The notes under the pieces are model-generated. The model was not told the DNA's origin and made no database searches. It worked only from the letters and a program-made list of their open reading frames with translations. Positions 38,414-50,500 of a stretch of 64,000 bases of DNA are shown piece after piece. A program made the position numbers and the translations under genes. Origin of the DNA: Balanoglossus misakiensis. Lineage: Eukaryota > Animalia > Hemichordata. The stretch's first letter is position 1; every line of letters begins with the position of its first letter. The stretch spans positions 8,075,304 through 8,139,303 of the forward strand of contig CM082585.2 in the NCBI GenBank assembly GCA_040954595.2, written 5' to 3'.

Positions 38414-41070
38414 ATGGATGTTCTGCGACCAACACTTATAAACATTGATGGAAGGATTTATCGTAAAAATCCAGTGGAGATGTCAACACATCGGCCAGAA
38501 GAAGACGATGAAGACTTCTATAGTAAGTGACTTGTTTTTACAAACAGTAGTACAATGTACACTGATGTACATATAAAGGGACCTCTCATTATTGACAGTT
38601 GGGGTGACAGAATTATGTGAGTGAAATGAATTTTTAGAATAATAAACTTTCATAGGACACTGCACTGTTTTAGCATTGGGTCAGTTCTGATATATACTCA
38701 GAGTTAAAACTAATAATTGTCTTAATAAGCTACTATCTTGTCACTGATTGTTGTACATACCTTCTCACCAATCACAGTCCCTGATGATGATGATGCCTAC
38801 ATGGACGAAAGCTGTGACATGTTGCCAATCGAACAGACACACAAGGGATTCCGGTTGGCTGTGGATATTCCCAGTGCTTTCTTCAGTTACATCATCGGCA
38901 GAAAGGGACAGACAAAAGACAGGATAGAAAGGGAAACAAAAACGCAGATAAACATCCCAAAAATGGGAAAGGAAGGTGACATAGGTAGGTAGTACTGGAC
39001 GATGTCCTCACGGCTGTACCAGATCATTCTGGTCAAGTGTTTAAAACTCAGAAGTAAATAAGTGATTTCAATTCAGGAATTATTATTGATGTACCTGTAT
39101 CTGTTGAATTGTTTTTCTCTGGATTTAGTTATTACAGGTCATGACCGGAAGGGGATCGTCTCAGCCAAGACGAGAATTGATGTCATGGTCGACTCAGCCA
39201 GGCAAAGACAACCATTTACACATTTTGTATCAGTACCTTTATGTAGTGAAGAAATCCAGTGTGGCTTCGAAGAGTTCAGGCTGGATGTGCTTCGGTACTG
39301 TCATGGGGTTAGTCATTACCATTTTCATCAATCTGATTCAAATCAAACGTAGGGTACCGGGATGTCTTTTACTGGTATTCTTATGCTGTCGCCTGACACT
39401 TCTAGTATCTTTGCTAATTCTAGAGCCGTGGTGTTGAAGAAAGTTTGTTCCAGAATCCATTGAAGTTGCATCTCACATTTGGCACGCTGGTCTTACTCAA
39501 TCCGAAAGAAGTGGTGAGTACATTGTTAATTCTCCAACCTGTGTACACGTACCTTCAAGAACTTTCTTTCCCTTCTTGTCAAAGAGAATGTGTTAATTTT
39601 GAGAACTGTACTGTGTGTGATCAGAGAAAGGGTTTTAGAAGAAAAAAACAACATACAACATGTAGTATACACATAACTGTTTATTTGTCTCACAGGCTAA
39701 AGCTGGTGCAATATTAAAGCAATGTGAGGAAGAAACAATAAGGTATGCAGTTTCTTTAATTTCACTCAAAGTATCTGGAGAGAATTCCGTTTGCATGGTA
39801 ATTGCTGATGGTAACAAATGTTACCATTTCACAGAGACTGTTGTGAAAATATTGTTGTTTCCTCAGCTGTGGAGTTGTGAAAATTTACTTACTTCCTCCA
39901 ATGAGAGGGGCTGTGTTTGTGAAAAATTAGCCAAATTTTGTAGCTGATGTGATTTGTGCAATTTCAAATAGTATATTTTTGACTGGTGTTGCTGTTTTTT
40001 ACGTGATCACTTTTTTCATTGCAGACCCCTTCTGAAAGACAAGCCTCTGTTGTTAGATGTAGAAGGCATTGAATACATGAACGATGACCCCGGTGAGGTT
40101 GATGTCCTCTACGCCAAAGTCACGCCACAAGATAAATCGGACATGTAGGTAGCTGGCATTTCTGTTTTTCATTTCACAATTACATGTACATAGAATCTAG
40201 TTTGACAGGCATTTAACATGTATGGCTAGTTTGTAGTCGCAGTATGCTTGTGGGTTCTCTCTCACACACACACTCAGTGTGTCACTCACTCACTCACTCA
40301 CTCACGCAAGCACTCACTCACACTCACTCACAGTAAAAGGTGTTTATAGGACCAAATGAGTAAAACATAAACTTGAAGAAAAACTGGTAACATTTAGTTG
40401 ATTCCACTGTATTAATGTGCACTGTTACAGGGAAGTTTAAGTCTGTCCTTTTTCTCTGACACAGACTTCAAGTGATAGCCGATAGCATTGTGGAGAGATT
40501 TGTGTCATCGGGGCTGATGCAGAAAGACTACGACCGTGTCAAACTGCACTGCACTGTGATGAACACACTCTTCAGGAAGGACCCTGCTGCAGGCGGTATT
40601 CGTGGAAGTCACCGTGGCGACCGGAAGAACATGAAAGACAGGGAATCATTTGACGCCAGGAAACTTCTGTCGGTAAGTGAACAATGCGCAGTGTAATAAC
40701 ACTAACAGCATTGCGTGAATATCTCTGATTATAAAGTGCCTCGAAAATCAAAGTTTTAAACTTCTCATATTTTGCTCTATGAAACGTAGGATTATTTTTG
40801 TATGTATTTTCTTTGTGTAGTTTATTTTCAAATTCCAGTCATATTTTGTAATTTTTCAATCTTCAAGATACTGTATACGGCTTGGAATCTTATAGCTGAT
40901 CCTTCATCTTTTTTTCCCCGTAATCATGTCCTATTTTATGCGTCTTTCCACAGGAATTTGAAGAATTCAAATTCGGGGTTCATCATTTAGATACTGTACA
41001 CATATCACAGAGATACTCGACTGGCACAGATGGATATTATGCATGTTCTGCACAAATTCAACTTCCCTAA
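38414..41070 (+). CDS. ASCC1: Activating signal cointegrator 1 complex subunit 1 (KH + 2H phosphoesterase/AKAP7-like), 8 exons, 358 aa
   Basis: Exons 38414-38522 (MDVLRPTLINIDGRIYRKNPV), 38778-38984 (KH IIGRKGQT), 39129-39307 (QPFTHFVS), 39424-39513 (FQNPLKLHLTFG, HxT-1), 39696-39742, 40025-40144 (GIEYMNDDPGEVDVLYAKV), 40465-40672 (VKLHCTVMNTLFRKDP, HxT-2; RESFDAR), 40954-41070; 1077 nt in frame, all GT-AG; AATAAA at 41290-41295. Confidence 0.96.
40262..40331. repeat. (CA)n/(CACT)n microsatellite in ASCC1 intron 6
   Basis: CACACACAC..CACTCACTCACTCACTCAC. Confidence 0.85.
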
Positions 41071-41503
41071 GAGGAAACGTCAACATTAAACACCTGGTTC
41101 AGGGAATATTTCATGAGTTGAACAACCAAAGTTGCTTATTTCTGGCGCGAACACTGAAAACTTTTCTGTCGGACAACATGATTGTCTGTGATGTCTACAG
41201 CAGCTATTTTCCTAATATAAACATTATATTTTAAGCTGTATCATTCTTTGAGTTGTGTTTTAACATACTTTGTAAAGGGGGAATGAAGTAATAAACGCGG
41301 TAGGTTTTTTGGGGGTACTACACAGTACACTCATGGGGTCATGCAACCACCGCATGCTGAAATACTGTGTGTCTTATGTTTTATGTTTATGTGTATTTCT
41401 CTAAGAGTCAAAACATGTCCCTCAGAAGCACCATTTTGACGGTGCTTTTGAGCGTCAAAAAATGTCCGCAAAAATCACTCATCTAATGGCTCAATTTCAA
41501 CAG

Positions 41504-44500
41504 TGAGCTATAACCCATGGTTTTTTCAAAAATCGACCAAATTTTGAAAATTCGCAAAGTCGACAAATTGTCATTTTCTGATGATTTTCATGTATAACCC
41601 ATGGTTTTTTCAAAAATCGACCAAATTTTGAAAATTCGCGAAGTCGAAAAATTGTCATTTTTTGACGATTTCCCTGAGCTATAAACCATGTTTTTTTTCA
41701 AAAATCGACCAAATTTTGAAATTTCGCGAAGTCGAAAAATTGACATTTCTGGATGATTTTCATGAGCTATAACCCATGGTTTTTATCCAAAAACCACCAA
41801 ATTTTGAAATTTCGCGAAGTCGAAAAATTGACATTTCTGGATGATTTTCATGAGCTATAACCCATGGTTTTTATCCAAAAACCACCAAATTTTGAAATTT
41901 CGCGAAGTCGAAAAATTGACATTTCTGGATGATTTTCATGAGCTATAACCCATGGTTTTTATCCAAAAACCACCAAATTTTGAAATTTCGCGAAGTCGAA
42001 AAATTGACATTTCTGGATGATTTTCATGAGCTATAACCCATGGTTTTTATCCTAAAACCACCAAATTTTGAAATTTCGCGAAGTCGAAAAATTGACATTT
42101 CTGGATGATTTTCATGAGCTATAACCCATGGTTTTTATCCTAAAACCACCAAATTTTGAAATTTCGCGAAGTCGAAAAATTGACATTTCTGGATGATTTT
42201 CATGAGCTATAACCCATGGTTTTTATCCAAAAACCACCAAATTTTGAAATTTCGCGAAGTCGAAAAATTGACATTTCTGGATGATTTTCATGAGCTATAA
42301 CCCATGGTTTTTATCCAAAAACCACCAAATTTTGAAATTTCGCGAAGTCGAAAAATTGACATTTCTGGATGATTTTCATGAGCTATAACCCATGGTTTTT
42401 ATCCAAAAACCACCAAATTTTGAAATTTCGCGAAGTCGAAAAATTGACATTTCTGGATGATTTTCATGAGCTATAACCCATGGTTTTTATCCTAAAACCA
42501 CCAAATTTTGAAATTTCGCGAAGTCGAAAAATTGACATTTCTGGATGATTTTCATGAGCTATAACCCATGGTTTTTATCCAAAAACCACCAAATTTTGAA
42601 ATTTCGCGAAGTCGAAAAATTGACATTTCTGGATGATTTTCATGAGCTATAACCCATGGTTTTTATCCAAAAACCACCAAATTTTGAAATTTCGCGAAGT
42701 CGAAAAATTGACATTTCTGGATGATTTTCATGAGCTATAACCCATGGTTTTTATCCAAAAACCACCAAATTTTGAAATTTCGCGAAGTCGAAAAATTGAC
42801 ATTTCTGGATGATTTTCATGAGCTATAACCCATGGTTTTTATCCAAAAACCACCAAATTTTGAAATTTCGCGAAGTCGAAAAATTGACATTTCTGGATGA
42901 TTTTCATGAGCTATAACCCATGGTTTTTATCCAAAAACCACCAAATTTTGAAATTTCGCGAAGTCGAAAAATTGACATTTCTGGATGATTTTCATGAGCT
43001 ATAACCCATGGTTTTTATCCAAAAACCACCAAATTTTGAAATTTCGCGAAGTCGAAAAATTGACATTTCTGGATGATTTTCATGAGCTATAACCCATGGT
43101 TTTTATCCAAAAACCACCAAATTTTGAAATTTCGCGAAGTCGAAAAATTGACATTTCTGGATGATTTTCATGAGCTATAACCCATGGTTTTTATCCAAAA
43201 ACCACCAAATTTTGAAATTTCGCGAAGTCGAAAAATTGACATTTCTGGATGATTTTCATGAGCTATAACCCATGGTTTTTATCCAAAAACCACCAAATTT
43301 TGAAATTTCGCGAAGTCGAAAAATTGACATTTCTGGATGATTTTCATGAGCTATAACCCATGGTTTTTATCCAAAAACCACCAAATTTTGAAATTTCGCG
43401 AAGTCGAAAAATTGACATTTCTGGATGATTTTCATGAGCTATAACCCATGGTTTTTATCCAAAAACCACCAAATTTTGAAATTTCGCGAAGTCGAAAAAT
43501 TGACATTTCTGGATGATTTTCATGAGCTATAACCCATGGTTTTTATCCAAAAACCACCAAATTTTGAAATTTCGCGAAGTCGAAAAATTGACATTTCTGG
43601 ATGATTTTCATGAGCTATAACCCATGGTTTTTATCCAAAAACCACCAAATTTTGAAATTTCGCGAAGTCGAAAAATTGACATTTCTGGATGATTTTCATG
43701 AGCTATAACCCATGGTTTTTATCCAAAAACCACCAAATTTTGAAATTTCGCGAAGTCGAAAAATTGACATTTCTGGATGATTTTCATGAGCTATAACCCA
43801 TGGTTTTTATCCTAAAACCACCAAATTTTGAAATTTCGCGAAGTCGAAAAATTGACATTTCTGGATGATTTTCATGAGCTATAACCCATGGTTTTTATCC
43901 AAAAACCACCAAATTTTGAAATTTCGCGAAGTCGAAAAATTGACATTTCTGGATGATTTTCATGAGCTATAACCCATGGTTTTTATCCAAAAACCACCAA
44001 ATTTTGAAATTTCGCGAAGTCGAAAAATTGACATTTCTGGATGATTTTCATGAGCTATAACCCATGGTTTTTATCCAAAAACCACCAAATTTTGAAATTT
44101 CGCGAAGTCGAAAAATTGACATTTCTGGATGATTTTCATGAGCTATAACCCATGGTTTTTATCCAAAAACCACCAAATTTTGAAATTTCGCGAAGTCGAA
44201 AAATTGACATTTCTGGATGATTTTCATGAGCTATAACCAATGGTTTTTATCCAAAAACCACCAAATTTTGAAATTTCGCGAAGTCGAAAAATTGACATTT
44301 CTGGATGATTTTCATGAGCTATAACCCATGGTTTTTATCCAAAAACCACCAAATTTTGAAATTTCGCGAAGTCGAAAAATTGACATTTCTGGATGATTTT
44401 CATGAGCTATAACCCATGGTTTTTATCCAAAAACCACCAAATTTTGAAATTTCGCGAAGTCGAAAAATTGACATTTCTGGATGATTTTCATGAGCTATAA

Positions 44501-47500
44501 CCCATGGTTTTTATCCAAAAACCACCAAATTTAGAAATTTCGCGAAGTCGAAAAATTGACATTTCTGGATGATTTTCATGAGCTATAACCCATGGTTTTT
44601 ATCCAAAAACCACCAAATTTTGAAATTTCGCGAAGTCGAAAAATTGACATTTCTGGATGATTTTCATGAGCTATAACCCATGGTTTTTATCCAAAAACCA
44701 CCAAATTTTGAAATTTCGCGAAGTCGAAAAATTGACATTTCTGGATGATTTTCATGAGCTATAACCCATGGTTTTTATCCAAAAACCACCAAATTTTGAA
44801 ATTTCGCGAAGTCGAAAAATTGACATTTCTGGATGATTTTCATGAGCTATAACCCATGGTTTTTATCCAAAAACCACCAAATTTTGAAATTTCGCGAAGT
44901 CGAAAAATTGACATTTCTGGATGATTTTCATGAGCTATAACCCATGGTTTTTATCCAAAAACCACCAAATTTTGAAATTTCGCGAAGTCGAAAAATTGAC
45001 ATTTCTGGATGATTTTCATGAGCTATAACCCATGGTTTTTATCCTAAAACCACCAAATTTTGAAATTTCGCGAAGTCGAAAAATTGACATTTCTGGATGA
45101 TTTTCATGAGCTATAACCCATGGTTTTTATCCAAAAACCACCAAATTTTGAAATTTCGCGAAGTCGAAAAATTGACATTTCTGGATGATTTTCATGAGCT
45201 ATAACCCATGGTTTTTATCCAAAAACCACCAAATTTTGAAATTTCGCGAAGTCGAAAAATTGACATTTCTGGATGATTTTCATGAGCTATAACCCATGGT
45301 TTTTATCCAAAAACCACCAAATTTTGAAATTTCGCGAAGTCGAAAAATTGACATTTCTGGATGATTTTCATGAGCTATAACCCATGGTTTTTATCCAAAA
45401 ACCACCAAATTTTGAAAATTTCGCGAAGTCGAAAAATTGACATTTCTGGATGATTTTCATGAGCTATAACCAATGGTTTTTATCCAAAAACCACCCAAAT
45501 TTTGAAATTTCGCGAAGTCGAAAAATTGACATTTCTGGATGATTTTCATGAGCTATAACCATGGTTTTTATCCAAAAACCACCAAATTTTGAAATTTCGC
45601 GAAGTCGAAAAATTGACATTTCTGGATGATTTTCATGAGCTATAACCCATGGTTTTTATCCAAAAACCACCAAATTTTGAAATTTCGCGAAGTCGAAAAA
45701 TTGACATTTCTGGATGATTTTCATGAGCTATAACCCATGGTTTTTATCCAAAAACCACCAAATTTTGAAATTTCGCGAAGTCGAAAAATTGACATTTCTG
45801 GATGATTTTCATGAGCTATAACCCATGGTTTTTATCCAAAAACCACCAAATTTTGAAATTTCGCGAAGTCGAAAAATGACATTTCTGGATGATTTTCATG
45901 AGCTATAACCCATGGTTTTTATCCAAAAACCACCAAATTTTGAAATTTCGCGAAGTCGAAAATTGACATTTCTGGATGATTTTCATGAGCTATAACCCAT
46001 GGTTTTTATCCAAAAACCACCAAATTTTTGAAATTTCGCGAAGTCGAAAAATTGACATTTCTGGATGATTTTCATGAGCTATAACCCATGGTTTTTATCC
46101 AAAAACCACCAAATTTTGAAATTTCGCGAAGTCGAAAAATTGACATTTCTGGATGATTTTCATGAGCTATAACCCATGGTTTTTATCCAAAAACCACCAA
46201 ATTTTGAAATTTCGCGAAGTCGAAAAATTGACATTTCTGGATGATTTTCATGAGCTATAACCCATGGTTTTATCCAAAAACCACCAAATTTTGAAATTTC
46301 GCGAAGTCGAAAAATTGACATTTCTGGATGATTTTCATGAGCTATAACCCATGGTTTTTATTCCAAAAACCACCAAATTTTGAAATTTCGCGAAGTCGAA
46401 AAATTGACATTTCTGGATGATTTTCATGAGCTATAACCCATGGTTTTTATCCAAAAACCACCAAATTTTGAAATTTCGCGAAGTCGAAAAATTGACATTT
46501 CTGGATGATTTTCATGAGCTATAACCCATGGTTTTTATCCAAAAACCACCAAATTTTGAAATTTCGCGAAGTCGAAAAATTGACATTTCTGGATGATTTT
46601 CATGAGCTATAACCCATGGTTTTTATCCAAAACCACCAAAATTTTGAAATTTCGCGAAGTCGAAAAATTGACATTTCTGGATGATTTTCATGAGCTATAA
46701 CCATGGTTTTTATCCAAAAACCACCAAATTTTGAAATTTCGCGAAGTCGAAAAATTGACATTTCTGGATGATTTTCATGAGCTATAACCCATGGTTTTTA
46801 TCCAAAAACCACCAAATTTTGAAATTTCGCGAAGTCGAAAAATTGACATTTCTGGATGATTTTCATGAGCTATAACCATGGTTTTTATCCAAAAACCACC
46901 AAATTTTGAAATTTCGCGAAGTCGAAAAATTGACATTTCTGGATGATTTTCATGAGCTATAACCCATGGTTTTTATCCAAAAACCACCAAATTTTGAAAT
47001 TTCGCGAAGTCGAAAAATTGACATTTCTGGATGATTTTCATGAGCTATAACCCATGGTTTTTATCCAAAAACCACCAAATTTTGAAATTTCGCGAAGTCG
47101 AAAAATTGACATTTCTGGATGATTTTCATGAGCTATAACCCATGGTTTTTATCCAAAAACCACCAAATTTTGAAATTTCGCGAAGTCGAAAAATTGACAT
47201 TTCTGGATGATTTTCATGAGCTATAACCCATGGTTTTTATCCAAAAACCACCAAATTTTGAAATTTCGCGAAGTCGAAATATTGACATTTCTGGATGATT
47301 TTCATGAGCTATAACCCATGGTTTTTATCCAAAAACCACCAAATTTTGAAATTTCGCGAAGTCGAAAAATTGACATTTCTGGATGATTTTCATGAGCTAT
47401 AACCCATGGTTTTTATCCAAAAACCACCAAATTTTGAAATTTCGCGAAGTCGAAAAATTGACATTTCTGGATGATTTTCATGAGCTATAACCCATGGTTT

Positions 47501-50500
47501 TTATCCAAAAACCACCAAATTTTGAAATTTCGCGAAGTCGAAAAATTGACATTTCTGGATGATTTTCATGAGCTATAACCCATGGTTTTTATCCAAAAAC
47601 CACCAAATTTTGAAATTTCGCGAAGTCGAAAAATTGACATTTCTGGATGATTTTCATGAGCTATAACCCATGGTTTTTATCCAAAAACCACCAAATTTTG
47701 AAATTTCGCGAAGTCGAAAAATTGACATTTCTGGATGATTTTCATGAGCTATAACCCATGGTTTTTATCCAAAAACCACCAAATTTTGAAATTTCGCGAA
47801 GTCGAAAAATTGACATTTCTGGATGATTTTCATGAGCTATAACCCATGGTTTTTATCCAAAAACCACCAAATTTTGAAATTTCGCGAAGTCGAAAAATTG
47901 ACATTTCTGGATGATTTTCATGAGCTATAACCCATGGTTTTTATCCAAAAACCACCAAATTTTGAAATTTCGCGAAGTCGAAAAATTGACATTTCTGGAT
48001 GATTTTCATGAGCTATAACCCATGGTTTTTATCCAAAAACCACCAAATTTTGAAATTTCGCGAAGTCGAAAAATTGACATTTCTGGATGATTTTCATGAG
48101 CTATAAGCCATGGTTTTTATCCAAAAACCACCAAATTTTGAAAATTCGCGATGTCGAAAAATTGACATTTCTGGATGATTTTCATGAGCTATAACCCATG
48201 GTTTTTATCCAAAAACCACAAAATTTTGAAATTTCGCGATGTCGAAAATTGACATTTCTGGATGATTTTCATGAGCTATAACCCATGGTTTTTATCCAAA
48301 AACCACCAAATTTTGAAATTTCGCGAAGTCGAAAAATTGACATTTCTGGATGATTTTCATGAGCTATAACCCATGGTTTTTATCCAAAAACCACCAAATT
48401 TTGAAATTTCGCGAAGTCGAAAAATTGACATTTCTGGATGATTTTCATGAGCTATAACCCATGGTTTTTATCCAAAAACCACCAATTTTGAAATTTCGCG
48501 AAGTCGAAAAATTGACATTTCTGGATGATTTTCATGAGCTATAACCCATGGTTTTTATCCAAAAACCACCAAATTTTGAAATTTCGCGAAGTCGAAAAAT
48601 TGACATTTCTGGATGATTTCATGAGCTATAACCCATGGTTTTTATCCAAAAACCACCAAATTTTGAAAATTTCGCGAAGTCGAAAAATTGACATTTCTGG
48701 ATGATTTTCATGAGCTATAACCCATGGTTTTTATCCAAAAACCACCAAATTTTGAAATTTCGCGAAGTCGAAAAATTGACATTTCTGGATGATTTTCATG
48801 AGCTATAACCCATGGTTTTTATCCAAAAACCACCAAATTTTGAAATTTTCGCGAAGTCGAAAAATTGACATTTCTGGATGATTTTCATGAGCTATAACCC
48901 ATGGTTTTTATCCAAAAACCACCAAATTTTGAAATTTCCGCGAAGTCGAAAAATTGACATTTCTGGATGATTTTCATGAGCTATAACCCATGGTTTTTAT
49001 CCAAAAACCACCAAATTTTGAAATTTCGCGAAGTCGAAAAATTGACATTTCTGGATGATTTTCATGAGCTATAACCCATGGTTTTTATCCAAAAACCACC
49101 AAATTTTGAAATTTCGCGAAGTCGAAAAATTGACATTTCTGGATGATTTTCATGAGCTATAACCCATGGTTTTTATCCAAAAACCACCAAATTTTGAAAT
49201 TTCGCGAAGTCGAAAAATTGACATTTCTGGATGATTTTCATGAGCTATAACCCATGGTTTTTATCCAAAAACCACCAAATTTTGAAATTTCGCGAAGTCG
49301 AAAAATTGACATTTCTGGATGATTTTCATGAGCTATAACCCATGGTTTTTATCCAAAAACCACCAAATTTTGAAATTTCGCGAAGTCGAAAAATTGACAT
49401 TTCTGGATGATTTTCATGAGCTATAACCCATGGTTTTTATCCAAAAACCAAATAATTGACATTTCTGGATGATTTTCATGAGCTATAACCCATGGTTTTT
49501 ATCCAAAAACCACCAAATTTTGAAATTTCGCGAAGTCGAAAAATTGACATTTCTGGATGATTTTCATGAGCTATAACCCATGGTTTTATCCAAAAACCAC
49601 CACATTTTGAAATTTCGCGAAGTCGAAAAATTGACATTTCTGGATGATTTTCATGAGCTATAACCCATGGTTTTTATCCAAAAACCACCAAATTTTGAAA
49701 TTTCGCGAAGTCGAAAAATTGACATTTCTGGATGATTTTCATGAGCTATAACCCATGGTTTTTATCCAAAAACCACCAAATTTTGAAATTTCGCGAAGTC
49801 GAAAAATTGACATTTCTGGATGATTTTCATGAGCTATAACCCATAGTTTTTATCCAAAAACCACCAAATTTTGAAATTTCGCGAAGTCGAAAAATTGACA
49901 TTTCTGGATGATTTTCATGAGCTATAACCCATGGTTTTTATCCAAAAACTTCCAAATTTTGAAATTTCGCGAAGTCGAAAAATTGACATTTCTGGATGAT
50001 TTTCATGAGCTATAACCCATGGTTTTTATCCAAAAACCACCAAATTTTGAAATTTCGCGAAGTCGAAAATTGACATTTCTGGATGATTTTCATAAGCTAT
50101 AACCCATGGTTTTTATCCAAAAACCACCAAATTTTGAAATTTCGCGAAGTCGAAAAATTGACATTTCTGGATGATTTTCATTAGCTATAACCCATGGTTT
50201 TTATCCAAAAACCACCAAATTTTGAAATTTCGCGATGTCGAAAAATTGACATTTCTGGATGATTTTCATGAGCTATAACCCATGGTTTTTATCCAAAAAC
50301 CACCAAATTTTGAAATTTCGCGATGTCGAAAAATTGACATTTCTGGATGATTTTCATGAGCTATAACCCATGGTTTTTATCCAAAAACCACCAAATTTTG
50401 AAATTTCGCGAAGTCGAAAAATTGACATTTCTGGATGATTTTCATAAGCTATAACCCATGGTTTTTATCCAAAAACCACCAAATTTTGAAATTTCGCGAA

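Noticed and set aside
41809-41830. CENP-B box in the monomer (TTTCGCGAAGTCGAAAA)
   Set aside because: Does not fit TTCG-N4-A-N2-CGGG on either strand.
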